Below are positions 50,378 to 63,203 of a DNA stretch of 64,000 nt, in pieces; the stretch's first letter is position 1; the number at the start of each line of letters is the position of its first letter. The notes below the pieces were generated by a model. It saw only the letters and a list, made by a program, of their open reading frames with translations. It did not search any database and was not told the DNA's origin. The position numbers were made by a program, and so were the translations under genes. This stretch comes from Selaginella moellendorffii (lineage: Eukaryota; Plantae; Lycopodiophyta). Location of the stretch: assembly GCF_000143415.4 (NCBI RefSeq), contig NW_003314322.1, forward strand, positions 1 to 64,000, given 5' to 3'.

Positions 50378-51524
50378 TGTAAGCCACAAATTTTTCCTTT
50401 CCAATTTGCTAGCTTACCTCGTCTATCCGTCCGACACTGCCTTGGCTTTTGCTAAGTTCCCTCGCCAAGGTTCTCGCCTATGGTACCAACTCCTACTTGG
50501 TCCTACTTGCTTTCAGCTACTCACTGCACGAGCAACGGAGCATTAGCCATCCATCCACGGATTCCCAATCTTTCCTAATCCCCCGCCCCGAGTTAGATTG
50601 GACTTAAGGTTCGGCTACACTCCCCACAAGCACAAGCAGCCAAGCACACCAAGCTTCCAGGTTCCTAACATCCCTTGGTACCACAAGACTTGATAAATCC
50701 CAAGTTTTGAGTGCAACACTTGCTTCAGGACGCCGGGGCGAAACACCGTGGCCTAGCGGCCCGGTATGGGTACCTCTACCCCCCCACTTCCATCCCGAAG
50801 GGAAGGTCCAAGCCCCTAGGAAGGGCGAGGACCAATGAGCCGCGTGGTACTCAAGTGGGGCACCACTTCACATGAGCCGGGAGCACCGCAATCGGTTTCC
50901 CTTTCGGGAGTGGGAGCTGCTCTTGAGCACTTCCTTGGATGGCCCCTCCGGCACCAACCAAGTCCATGCTCACTCCCACCCAAGGCCCCTCGGTCCCAGT
51001 CTCAACCTCAAGTCGGTTTGGAAGCCCCACTGGAGAGTCCCTTCAAAACTGGTTCCTGGACCTCACTATCCCTACTATACTTTTGGAACCCCCTGCAGCC
51101 CCCCCCCCCCCTGGGAGACGCACGCTTTGGGCTTTCACCCCTTGACCCGTATTAGTATTTGGACTTAGTCTCTGGCTCGATCTCGGACCCGACTTCAGAT
51201 TCGGTCTCGGACTCGATCTCGGACTCGATCTCGGACTCGATCTCGGACCTGATCTCGGACTCGACCTCGGACTCGACCTCGGACTCGGTCTCGGACCCGA
51301 TTTCGGATCTCGGACTCCGTCTCGAACTCGGTCTCGAACTCGGACTCGAACTCGGTCCCCGAGTCGGTCTCGGACTCGATTCCGAACTCTATCTCGAACT
51401 CGGTCCTAGAGTCGGTCTTGGACTCGATCCTCGACTTGGTCTTATCCGATGAACTCTTTGTCATTTTGGTCATGCTTTCGGGGTTCCTTTAGCCTACGAC
51501 ACCTCGGCGAGTTGGTTCCTTACA
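50378..51524 (-). repeat. Full 5' LTR (1147 bp)
   Basis: TGTAAG/CTTACA termini; internal (TCGGAC)n array at ~51170-51445. Confidence 0.92.
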
Positions 51525-52750
51525 CACCTATACTCCATCATCATAAGCTCTTGGTTGGGGAGGTTAACTTAGGCACATTGCTAAGTAAGGGAATGCCCCT
51601 GGAGATATGGTCAACAAGTTGTATGATTAAAAATGAGACATTCGATGTAGGCATCAAGCTTCTTCTATGGGTGGTGAAGTTGTAAGGAACCAACTCCCAA
51701 AGGTGTTGTAGATTAAAGGATCCTCGAAAGCACGACCAAAAAGATAAAGAGTTCATTAGATGAGATTAAGTTCGAGATTGAGTCTGAGACCAAGTTCGAG
51801 AATGAGTCCAAGATAAAGTTTGAGACCGAGTCCAAGACCGAGTTTGAGACCAAGTCCGAGACTGAATTCAAGACTGAGTCTAAAACCGAGTTTGAGACTG
51901 AGTCCAAGAACCGAGATCGGGTCTAATACCAAGTCCGAGATAAAGTTTGACGTTGGGTCTGAGATCAAGTCCGAATACTAATACAAGTCGTGGGGTGAAA
52001 GCCCAAACGTGTGTCTCCCAAAGGCTGTAAGGGGTTCCAAAAGTATAGTAGGGATAGTGAGGTCCAAGAACTAGTCTTGAAGGAATTCTTTAGTGGTGCT
52101 TCTAAACTGATTTGAGGTTGAGACTGGGGCTTAGAGGCCTTGGTTGGGAGTGAGCATGGACTCGGTGGTGCCAGAGGGGCCACCCAAGGAAGTGCTTAAG
52201 AGCAGCTCCCACTTTTGGAAGGGAAACTAATTGTAGTGCTCCTGGCTTATATGGAGTGGTTCCCCACTTGAGTACCTTGCGTCTCATTAGTCCTCACCCT
52301 TTCTAAATGCTTGGGCCTTTCCTTTGGGATGGAAGTGGGGGAGTAGGGGTACCCATACTGGGCCGTTAGACCACAGTGTTTCCTCCTAGTGTCCCGAAGC
52401 AAATGTTGCACTCAAGGCTTGGGATTTAGAGGGTCATATAATCAAGTTTTGTTGTATGAAAGAATGTTAGAAACCTGGAGGCTTGGTGTGTTTGGCTGCT
52501 TATGTTTGCAAGGAGTGTAGCCAAACCTTAAGTCCAAAGGAGGGGAATTGGGAGAGAATTTGGGAATCCGTGGATAGATGGTTAACACTTTGTTGTTTGT
52601 GCAGTGAGTTGTTAAAACCAAGTAAGACCAAGTAAAAGTTGGTACAATAGGTGGGAACCTTGGCAAGAAAACATAACTAAGGCCAAGGCTATGGTGGTCA
52701 AATAAACAAGGTAAGCTAACAAATTGGAAAGAAAAAATTTATGGCTTACA
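51525..52750 (+). mobile_element. Older, diverged copy of the same family: 3' internal region, PPT and 3' LTR (51681-52750), opposite orientation
   Basis: 51525-51680 matches the reverse complement of 45168-45318. GGGTGGTGAAGT|TGTAAGG start and GGCTTACA end; many C>T/G>A changes. Confidence 0.88.
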
Positions 52751-54189
52751 TCCACTTCCTTTGCTTCTAGGCTCTATGCTTGGGAGTTTAGCTTTGTTCC
52801 TTTCATTCAGTGGCTTAAGGCTTTGAAACTCAGGTTCCATTCCACTATCCTTAGACACGTGGCATATAATATGTAGCACATAAAGGGTTTAAGTTTTGCT
52901 TCATGGTTATTCCACGGTGACAGTATATCCAAATCTCATCCCATAATCACATGCACTACACTCACCCCCCTTTTAGAGATGTCAATGTCCTCATTGAGGT
53001 TGTTAGTAAATCACTATAGTAAATCACTATCAGTGGGGTTCCATGCTCCCCCACCTGGAAAGTTCTTCCCCCCCCCCTCCAAAAAAATCCCCTCCCCCTT
53101 TTTTTAATGGTTACATGTAACCCCTTTTTTTATATGCCACGTAGGGTTACACATCAGTTTTTTTTTTCCAAGAACTACAAAATTTCATATTTACATGAGT
53201 TTGAGCTATTGGTGAACTAGAATAAGAGCCCAATTGCAACCATGGATGAGGTAAGGGTGAGTGATTCTTCATTTCTTACAAACTTCCTTCTCAAATCATT
53301 GCAAAAATCCCCCCCCACCCCCCAAAACCATCCAAGAACTCGCATGCTCACACGATGACAAATGACTTTGAAGCTTTTAAGAGGAGATTATCTGCAAATG
53401 AATAGGTAAACTAAGCATGTGAATTAGGTGGTAAGGGGTATGCTATACAGTAGTATTGGTTGAAGGCAAGAACAATGGAATCTATATCTTCCATTGGCAT
53501 AATTCACTTAACATACCTTATCATCAATACTCTTTATTTAAAGTTGCTATTTTGGCATTTTGGCATTGATGTCATATATTCTGTGTTAAGAATATTCAAT
53601 TTTACTTATGGTAGATGCTCTCAATCGGACGGACTAGAATTCTAATGCTCCAAACAAATGGTGAAGATCATTATATGGTGGCAAAAATGGTGGCAACTCT
53701 TGAATTCTAGATTCATAGTTTCAAAAATTTTAGGTTTAAGAATTTATCGAGCAATATCCTGCAGTTCTTTGCAGACCCTGGGTTTTCAAATATGAAGCCA
53801 GGTATGATGAAATTATAACCACTTTTCTTCTTCTCTTGTGCATGAATTTCATGTTGTTCTGTTGTAGAATTTCTATCATTACAGAATTGGAAGGCAGAGA
53901 ATTTATCAGTGCAGTATTCTTGCAATGATCTACAATCCTAAAATTTTGTGTTTTATAACTGTTTTACAGTTCTGCAGCCTATCAAAATACCCAGTCTTTG
54001 CTCGAAATTTCCCAGCAAGAAGAGCACTGCCGATGCAGCAGCTTTGTGCTCTGGCACTCTCAAGTTATCATCACTGCAGCCACTGATATGAATGTGACTG
54101 GCCACTCAATCAATTAGTGCAGGAGTTCTTAAAGGTAGACATTTCCCACGTTCTAATGAAAAACAGTTTGGTGTTTTTCCGGCCTCTTG

Positions 54190-54689
54190 ACCATCTACAA
54201 CCTTTGGAATTTTTCAGACCTGGGGGATCCAGACGGATCTAAGATGATGATGTGATGGCTCCAGTGATACATCACATACCATATCGCTGCTAACAACCTA
54301 CTCTGCTTAGTGAGCAAAGCGCTGGCCACCAAGACATTCTCGCTACTGAGCCAATGAGTCATGCTGCGAAGGACATCCGCTGTCCCACTTTCTTCCGAGA
54401 CTGTGGAAACCGACCTACCGACTCTAACACCGGACTCATTCCCTGCAACCACACACATAAGGGCGTGCAACAAAGTGCAGAGGCTAACTCACCACACTCA
54501 CATTGTTGAGATTGCTATCCTCCAAAAGGTCCGAGACATAAGAGATGGGCAGCAAGGCTTTAGGGACATCCTTCCAAGACGGGGAAATGTAAGCAGAGAG
54601 TCACTGTGGCAGGGAAAATGGATTACCTTGGACACCAGAGGGATGAGATCCTTTGAGCTGCCTCCCGCGACCACCACCACTTCGCCCAT
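54190..54689 (-). pseudogene. eIF2B gamma subunit N-terminal exons, degenerate
   Basis: MGEVVVVAGGSSKDLIPLVSK, DVPKALLPI..YVSDLLEDSNL, VVAGNESG..EESGTADVLRSMTHWLSSENVLVAS. Internal deletions. Confidence 0.7.
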
Positions 54690-54767
54690 TCTAATTCTAT
54701 GGCCTTCTCTCCGATGCTAAGGCAACAACCATAAATTGTTTTTTCAAAGTCTCAAACAAAACCAATC

Positions 54768-55122
54768 CTAGTCTCTGTGAATGGTGTAGCGCTCCCACTT
54801 CTTTGTGGGATCATAGATCTCCCACCTCGAGGTAGGAAAGGAAAAATATGTGCTTGTTCTTCTCATATCAGTGCCACTCCACAACCTTACCAGCGTGGGA
54901 ATGAGCAAAGCACAAGTGTCACCAACCGGCATACAAAACTGATATACACAAGGTACATCGTCCTTCTCAATTGTGGTGTCAGCGATTGTGCGTATGTCCT
55001 CATGAACATCAAAATGAAAGAGCTATCATCCAAACAGACAAATGGGCATCAAGTCATGACAGGCACCCATGGGTTTACCGGGCTGCTATTTCCTCTGGCC
55101 TTGGCTCATAGAAGCTGCGTTG
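54768..55122 (-). pseudogene. XCT: XAP5/FAM50 (XAP5 CIRCADIAN TIMEKEEPER) C-terminal fragment
   Basis: QRSFYE, LFHFDVHEDIRTIADTTIEKDD, SHAGKVVEWH*YEKNKHIF..SRWEIYDPTKKWERYTIHRD*. Premature TGA plus frameshift. Confidence 0.85.
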
Positions 55123-56199
55123 CTGTAAAACAAGCAGATCAGATTTGTCCTGAAATTATAATTGAAATTACATCTTTACTTGTTCGTTTGGGCAAGAAGA
55201 TTGGATAGTGAGGGACAGACATACTCAACTCTATCAGACTCTTTTGTTTACTTTCTCAAAAGCTGCATTGCTCTCTTGGATTTCTCTTGGATTTACTATC
55301 TTTCTCTGTTTGTAAATAGTCATTAATGCTAGAAAAGATCTGCCATTGTTTTGCTTTCCAAGTGGTGTCAAAGTACGTTTGTATAGTATACCCAGGTGTG
55401 ACTGAACAACCTTTTTGACTGTGGAGATATACACAGGACTATGTTCAAACAGTCATATATAGTGATATATTATGTGCTACACTTTGTGATGTGTATATCA
55501 TGTTAAAAATGCATGAACTTAGTTCAATCAAGATGTCAAATACCCTCATAGAACCACTAATAGTAATAGTTCTATTGTATAACTATATCTTTTTGGATAG
55601 TGCCTCTATGCAAAGTGCGACACTGTGGAGTGAATACAGTAACGCTATATTTTGAATGTGACAGTTCACCAGAAAGGAAATAGTATGACCAATTTCCAAG
55701 GACAGTGGAGGTTGCAAAATCAGAGGTAGCTACTTGTCCGTGGAACTCTATGCCTCATTTCAAGTGGCAGTGGCTTTGAAGATCCAGGTTCAAAAGACTA
55801 TTAGTGGCTTTTTTGTGCATAATTAAACAGTCATATATAGTGAATATATGCATATAACTCTTTGACTGTAGAGATATAGCATACCCAAGAATGACATCCA
55901 AATGCCTCTTTTTTACTGCCATCTTGCAGCTCAAATACTTACGGTTTTACACTAAGCATTACATGGACCAGTAGGAAGGGAAATTTGCTGTGGCTGCCTC
56001 TTAACAGTGCTTAAAAGGCATTTTCCATTACCTGAGAAGAAACAAGGAGGCAGTTTCCATTACCCGATAAGAAACATGGAAGAATACAGCAGATTTTTTA
56101 AAAATATTTAGAATGATAATGAGCAGCTAAGTCTTACCACTAGAAACAGCATGTTTAATTAGGTAGGGAGGCTGGACAGCAATAAGTGTATAGAGCTGT

Positions 56200-59100
56200 T
56201 TACTGTGCTGTCTGTATCTGCCGCACTGGCGTAAATGGAACCTGAAGGCGATGTGTGTACTCAACAAGCAACTCCTCATAGTGCTTGCAAATCTACAATA
56301 ATCACATATTCAGACTAAAATGGTGTCTGAATAATTTACCTCTGCAAGATTATGGTGCTTCAGTCTGAGCTCGTCAATCTCATCAACAATACTGGCATCA
56401 AATGTTTGAATGGCGCTTCTTGCAATACAATCTCCAGGCATTACCTCAAAACATCCATTATTTATCACTGTTGTAGCATGGGATTTAAGCTCTGGTGGAT
56501 TATGGGATTTATTAAGGTCCTTCCTAACTCCCTCAACGCCAACAACACTTTGGACATATAGTTTACCATGAACCAGATCTAGTTCGTCCTCTCTTTTTGC
56601 GATCTGATAAATCAAGTCATTGTTTAGCTGAATTGCTTTGCCCAGCTCGTCCTGAAGCCTTTCAATTTCGCCCTTTTGTTTGAGTAGAATTCTCTTTTTC
56701 TTCGCTTTATTGACAAAATAGTGGTTCGCCAAATTTGCAGCTCCTGCCTTGCAACGTATCTGCTGCATAAATACTAAGCGGTTTGAATACACACAAATAA
56801 ACTTAACCTCGTTTCTAACATTCGGATATTTATCCTCAACTTGTCGTAAAACGTGTATTAGTTCAGCATTCACATCCGTTAAGGTCTCTACATCTTCAGT
56901 CAGCCCTTTATAGCATATGAACCAAAAGTAAACGAGGTAAAACAAGATAAATCTCATAGCCATACCTTTCACTGTTTGTTCTAAAACCGGCAGCTGCATG
57001 TGCGGACTGACTTTGACATAGTTTGCTATTTTAAAATTTAAAATATCAATAGTGTTCTTGAGCTCTTTGTTCGCTTTGAGGAGCTTTTGATACCGGGTCT
57101 CACCCAATCCAGATTTTCTAAGCCTTGAATTTTCTCTTCTGAGCTTGTCGACAACTCTTTTTAGTGTAAAAACAAAAAGCTGCAACTCATTTTCTTTCTT
57201 TATGCTATCAATTTCCGCTATTTTTGAGCCCTGTGCCTTTTTGGAAGTCTTCTGGGGTGTTCCAAAAATTGGTTTCGACACTTCAGGTTTCCGAGAATTT
57301 TCCTCCACCCATTCCTTAAACAAAATATCAAATTTTGTTTCAATTTCTAACATTTTTCGCTTTGCTTCGTCCTTTTCGAATCTTAACTGGAGAATTTGTT
57401 TATTTTTGTCAGCTATAATGGTCTCCAGCTCGGTCAATTTATTTTCTTGACTAGTAGAAGAACCGGAATCAGAACCTGGAAGGATGGGCTTCTTATTTGC
57501 GATGGTTCTTAGTTTCTTCAGCTCGTTTTCTAGTTTCATAATATGTTCCTCCTTGTCTACGGCTATATCATGCCGAAGATCACGATTCTCGCATTGAAGC
57601 TCTTCCAGATGGCGGACAAGTTCTTGGACTCTGAGGCATTCTTCTAGAGGAGATGGTTGCTTTGAGTTTTTTAATTTTTCTGTAAGGTCTGCCATAGCGT
57701 GCCCTGCTAAGCGTCTGTCCATTTCACTTGCTGCTAAGTCATGTTCATACTGCCTAAGTTTTGATTTGAGGCTTTCCAAGCCCTGTTGAGCTTTTAGTTT
57801 ACCTTCATCAGTGAGAGCAAGAGAACTGTTTCTTTTGGTGTTTTTTGTACTATCTATACTTGTATTTGTGTCAGCGCAGTCTTTTGTAGTCAATGTATTT
57901 GTAGCATCCAAACTGTTGCTGATGCTATTACTTTCAAGACTTTGCAGAAAAGCGCTCTCAATGTCTGTAACTTTGTCACGAACGTCCTTCTTACTAATTT
58001 CTTTCACTTGCTGTTCTACCTTGGCGAGTTTCGCATTTAAATGACTGGTGTGAATTTCAAGTTCAGCTTTGGAACGTTCTCTAGACGAGGACGACGAGCT
58101 TTCAGTGCTCCCATGAGCTCTTTCTCTTTCATATTTTTTGAGCTGTTTTAACACCTTTTTCATCCTGTCACGTTCCCGTTGAAGCTGATCTTGTATCTCT
58201 TTTATCTGTTATTTTTAACATGTGGTTAGACGTGCATAGATTTATTTGGAACACCTGCAAGGTGCTTGCAGACTTCAGCTCCCGGCACCTGGATATCTCA
58301 GACAGCAGCTGATGTTTTTGTTGCTTCAGAGCTGTTATTTCTTCTTGTAGTAGTTTATTTTGCTGTTTAAGTTGCTGATAATTTAATGCCTGCCGTTCTT
58401 CTAAAGAGTTCATTTTTGTGAGGGATGCTATTTTTTTTTCCAGCTGATGAACAACGTTGTTCAGCTTTTGTAATTTAATGTTTTTAGCTCCTGTAACCAG
58501 CTCGTTACACTTCTGTTCATGGGTGCTGAGATAATATTACCCAGCTGTTTGTGTAGTTTTGCCACAAAAGTGCTCATAGTCTCTTCTTGTTCCTCCTGAA
58601 ATTAGAACATAAATATGCTAGCATCATTTCCTGAATGAAAAAGCGCACCTTCTTGCTGTCTCCGTTTTTCAGTTCCTCACACCTGGTTTTAATTCGAATG
58701 TGAAAAGTATCACAAATGCAAAGACGGAATGATAATACTGTTGCATCCAGCTGGCAAGATTGGTTTGCAGCTCCTGTACGTGAAGTTCATGCTTAGAAAT
58801 CAACTCTTGCAACTGTTTCTGGAAAAACCCGGCTAAAGCACCAGCCATACTTTTCCCTTCTTCCTTTTGAGAATAAATTTTCTGACAATGAAACGAGAAA
58901 GATTCTGGCATAAGCTTTGTGATATTTTATACCTTGAGCACGTTCTTCATGTCATCTGAATTTTGATTAGTAAACATAAGGATTACTTCCTCTAGAGCGG
59001 CCATTTCCTGCCTATCTTGTTGTTGCTGTTCAGTAGCAGCTTCGTATGCCTCGTGCAATGTCTTGATAAATTCGACGCTTTCTTGTTCTTCCAGTCTCTC

Positions 59101-59440
59101 AAAATGCCTTTCAATATCTTTCTGCATTTGGAAAAAGTCAGATAGTATAAAATTGGAAATTTTGCACAAAGAGGTCAACCTCGTGGTATTCATCTGATGC
59201 AGATGATTCAGGGGGAACTCTGACAATTTTAAACTCTCCAACTTTCTGTACTTGCGGCCTAATATAATCGTAGTAATATTCAAAAGGGGACTATACCTCA
59301 CTTTCATGTGATATCCCAACAGATTCATCATTATTGCGGCAGCTTGTTACAGGTGTATAGGTACTAGTTTTGATTGGTTTCTTGAACACATCAACCCTCC
59401 AAACTCTCACTTTTTCGTTCTCAGACTGCAATGCAACCAT
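56200..59440 (-). CDS. Multi-exon coiled-coil protein, CEP290 C-terminal-like (ciliary transition zone)
   Basis: Long coiled-coil exons with ~50-nt introns. LKRVVDKLRRENSRLRKSG and IQTFDASIVDEIDELRLKH resemble CEP290 C-terminal motifs. Last exon ICKHYEELL..AQ* (stop 56200-56202); start inferred. Confidence 0.6.
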
Positions 59441-60236
59441 ACATATCGCTAGAACTCATTGCTACTGAGTGGAACAGATCAGAGTTTGGCTGATGTTAAT
59501 GAAGTTTGATCGTGGAAGAAAGAGGCACACCTCTTGGCAATTACACTGGTTGTCAAAGTCGTCAGGCTCCATTCTTCTTTAGCCAAATTGTTTCCTGCTT
59601 TCTAATAAGGCTATTGCAAAACAAAAAAAATCTAAGCATTCACGATTTGAAATTTCCATGGATCAGATTAGACTGCAGCGTCCTCGCATGTTGTGTGTTA
59701 CACAGCTCAAAAGCTCCAGCATGGTACATCATAAAGAGGTTAAGGGGCTGTGCAAGTCCATTACCGCCAGGAACATGGTGAGCCGGGCGCAAGCCCAGTG
59801 CGTATGTTCATGCGGTCAACGGGGGCACACATGCCCCTTGACTGTCCGAGGGCAGGTACAAGCCTGTTAAGTGACACGTGGCACATTTTTATTAGATTAG
59901 TACACCTGGAGAATTTGTTTGTACCACATAAGCAATAACACAGGCCACATCAGCCACGTAGATGTCACAATAAAATTCTTGCTAGGAACTAATCTAGATC
60001 CAACCATTAGCAACCGTGAGATCAACTTAACTGGCCGTGAAGGGCCAGGCTCTTCTTATCTTCTTCCTTTTTCTCACAAATTCTTTCTAAGGCTATAAAT
60101 CATTTTAAGGGCCAATGTAATTTTTCTTTTCAAAAATCCTTCCAGCTGAGCAGCTATTTGGTAGTTTTCAGGTAGTTATGAGTATTCAAACAATGGAATA
60201 TACTGGATTGATGCTAGGGCATTACATCCGAACAGA

Positions 60237-62063
60237 ATGGGTTTTGATATGACTCCAGAGTCTTTAAAAAAGCTCTGTAGGGATCTCAGATTGTAAGCGA
60301 GCTTTTCTCTGTGACGCTTGTGCTAATGACTGTGTTATGTAGGTATTCGAGCTGTCCAGAGTTAAATGACGTGCTCCATTTACAACAAAAGGTTTCAATG
60401 ATATTCTACGAACAATTGTGATAATTGTTTTCTAGCTTTACAGGGCATAATAGAAATAAAGAGCCTGGAAAAGTACACCGGTTTAAAAACCTTATATCTG
60501 GAATCAAACGGTAGCATTTGCAGCCTTGTTGTTCCTTAACGAGTTCAAAAGAATGCAGCTATTTCAAGGATTGAAGGATTAGAAAACTTGAAAGAACTTC
60601 GATGCCTCTATATAAATCAAGTACCATTTGTGCTACTTTAATTGATGGTCTTTCTGGTTTATGAATAAATAGAATCTGGTAGATCATGTGTCCGGTTTGG
60701 ACAGTCTCAGGCTGCTTGAGACATTGGATTTGGCTGACAATCAGGTCAATCTATCTTTGGATAAACTGTTTACACATAATGGTAGTCTTCCGTTTGCAGA
60801 TTAAGACAGTTCAAGGTCTCTCCTGCTGCATATCTCTACGCCAGCTCAATCTTTCTGGGAATCGAATTCAGAGCAAGGCAGACGTTGAGCATCTTCTAGT
60901 AAGGATGCCTGATAAATATTTGTCATCAATTATTAGGTCGCAGGGGTGTCCCACTTTAACGTCTTTGGACATATCGAAGAACAAAATTGAAGATGAAGAA
61001 GCAATTAAGGTTTTCTTTCATTTCAAATGCACCATGGAGAAAAAAACAATGTTTTAACCTGTAGGCATTAAGATCGATGCCCCTAAATCTTTTGAGACTT
61101 TGCGGAAACCCTGTAATGACTAAAATATGGTGCTATAGAAAGTCGACAATAGCATGCATGCCATCAGTAAGCTTTGAAGTCAAAAAATACTTTATATTAG
61201 ACAAACTTAAATTTGGACAGCTAAACTATTTCGACGACTCTCCTGTGTTTGAAAGAGAGCGCCGCTTGGCATATGCATGGCTGGAAGGTGGTGCAGAGGT
61301 GCACTGCGTTTGGTAATGTTTTCAACTTTAATAAATTATTGCAGGGAGAGACGATGATGCGTGAAATGATTAAGAAAGAGGAAGCTGATCAAAGAGCTTA
61401 TCACCATCAAGGCATGATTATCTGAAGTCTCACAAGGCTTTACTTTAGATACCTTCATGCATAGCTTTCCAGGAAATGATTCGAAGGGCACGCACTGGAG
61501 CAGCCGCAGAACACCAGCAACTAGATGACGCTTGCAAGATTGAGAAAGAAACAGATGCGTGGATTAATGAAGGGCAAGCATGTAAGAAAAAAAGAATCGA
61601 CCTGGAAAGCCCCGCTGCAGATGTAGGATATTTGAAGAGAGACTATGCCAACACTGATCTGGATGACATCATGAGCCAAACTACGAATTCATCGCAATGC
61701 GACATAATGGATATGGACATTAAGGAAAGCCCTTTAAGCTTGGGAGTCTCTGCACCTTGTCCAATAAAGGAGGCTAGAAACGAAAAAGATCCAGAATTGG
61801 AGGCAAAAGTGCATAAACAAACTTTGCGAGAGCTCAAGTCACAAGGGGCTGAAAAGGAACGAGCTTTCAAGATGCAACTGCAGATGAAAATGCTAGAACG
61901 CGCTGCTAGTGGCATTGAAGAAACAAGCTCCCTGGCTAGGACAACAAGACCCGTCATATGGGGTACAAAAGCATACAGGCAATTGTGGACAGTTGCAAAG
62001 AGTATAAACAGTGGTAAAGAATACGAGGGCATGGAGCTGGATGACTGTTCACAGCGTGAATAG
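60237..62063 (+). CDS. DNAAF1: Dynein axonemal assembly factor 1 (LRRC50/ODA7) homolog, multi-exon
   Basis: MTPESLKKLCRDLRL|YSSCPELNDVLHLQQK|GIIEIKSLEKYTGLKTLYLESN; SDS22-like LRRs; LRRcap GNPV..YRK..LNYFDDSPVFERERRLAYAW. Confidence 0.85.
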
Positions 62064-62410
62064 CAGCAGCTCCCAGACAGTCTCTATCTGGCGTCATATA
62101 GTTTACAATGTTACTCTGACTGGATGCCATTGTAGAACCAACTCATTTTAAGAAACAACTAGCATTTAAAATCACATGAACCGCTCACCTAGATACAAGA
62201 GACAAGACAAGAAAAACCGGATGGAATTCCGTTCTTTGACTTTAAGTTCCGCTTTCAATGCAGCTGTTCTACATTGGCAAAGTGATTTCACTCCTGAGTA
62301 GACACGTGTATGTGCCAGGTGGAGCGACGTGGCAGTTCGGCCGGCTCGCTTCGTACGGGCACTCGATGGTTTGTTTTTGGGATGCTGGTGTTGGCATTCA
62401 TTAGGAAGCC

Positions 62411-63203
62411 ATGGGTGACATAGTAGAACGACCAAAATCATCGGGCTTGCCGCATTCCAAAACCGGTGGAAAGAAGAAGGAACATGTCTTTCAGAGGTTT
62501 CCTACCAACATTGACGAAGTAGCGCAGAATGCAGTGTGGAGAGAGTTCTGTAAGAAATTGGATTCTAATGAAGTCAACGTTGGAGAGTTCACAATCAACC
62601 CTTTAACAAGTACGTTGCATATCTTACTCATTGCATGGTTAAATTGATAATGCATGTGCAGCTGTACCCATTACCGAGAAACCAACACGAGTCGTTCCTT
62701 CTGTGCGGGGTACCACTCCTCAACCTCCATCTCAAAAAGTCAAAGTGGCGTTTGACCGTGCTAGTTACAGCTTAATCGGTGATTGTGATCAGTTTCCAAA
62801 GAGGAGTTTAAGGATGCAAAGCAGCTGCTTGAGGACTTGTATCCCATTAAGAATCTGGACCTGGTTCCTCCAGAAAAATATGAAGTCCCACTTACTTATG
62901 CTCAAGAGTATGGGTGGGCCAACATGCCATTGGTACTGATATATTAGATATAGTTTTTGTTTTGTCAATAGATAATTTCATCAGGTGAAGCCAAAGACAG
63001 CTTTCGAGTTTCCGAGGCGAACTTGTGAACTTACGCAGTTTGCTGCTGCCTATCTGGAAGCTATGCACACAACTCCATTCTCAAAGAAAGGCTTTGTTCC
63101 TCGTTATATTCTTAAACAGCAAGCAGCACTAAGGGCGGCTGATGCTGCTGCCACTGCCGACACCACTGCTCCTGCTGCTGTTGTTCCACCTCAACCTGGT
63201 TGA
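62411..63203 (+). CDS. FAM183 (CFAP144)-like ciliary protein, ~4 exons
   Basis: AQNAVWRE..FTINP|PITEKP|PPEKYEVPLTYAQEYGW|FPRRTCELTQFAAAY..PFSK. Confidence 0.75.

Larger units (their letters stand above)
44593..51524 (-). mobile_element. Ty3/Gypsy LTR retrotransposon (chromovirus), defective
   Basis: 5' LTR 50378-51524 (TGTAAG...CTTACA); PBS TGGTATCGGAGC (tRNA-Met type) at 50363-50374; domain order gag-ZnK-PR-RT-RH-INT-chromo; PPT at 45168-45180; truncated 3' LTR 44593-45167. Confidence 0.95.

Noticed and set aside
56310-58163. 617-aa ORF as a single-exon gene
   Set aside because: It reads through in-frame introns (e.g. the hydrophobic MRFILFYLVYFWFICY stretch) and is part of a larger multi-exon gene.
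59873-59967. GACACGTGGCA G-box and GCCACATCAGCCACGT motifs (also near 52855)
   Set aside because: Too short and common to support a regulatory or MITE call without comparative data.
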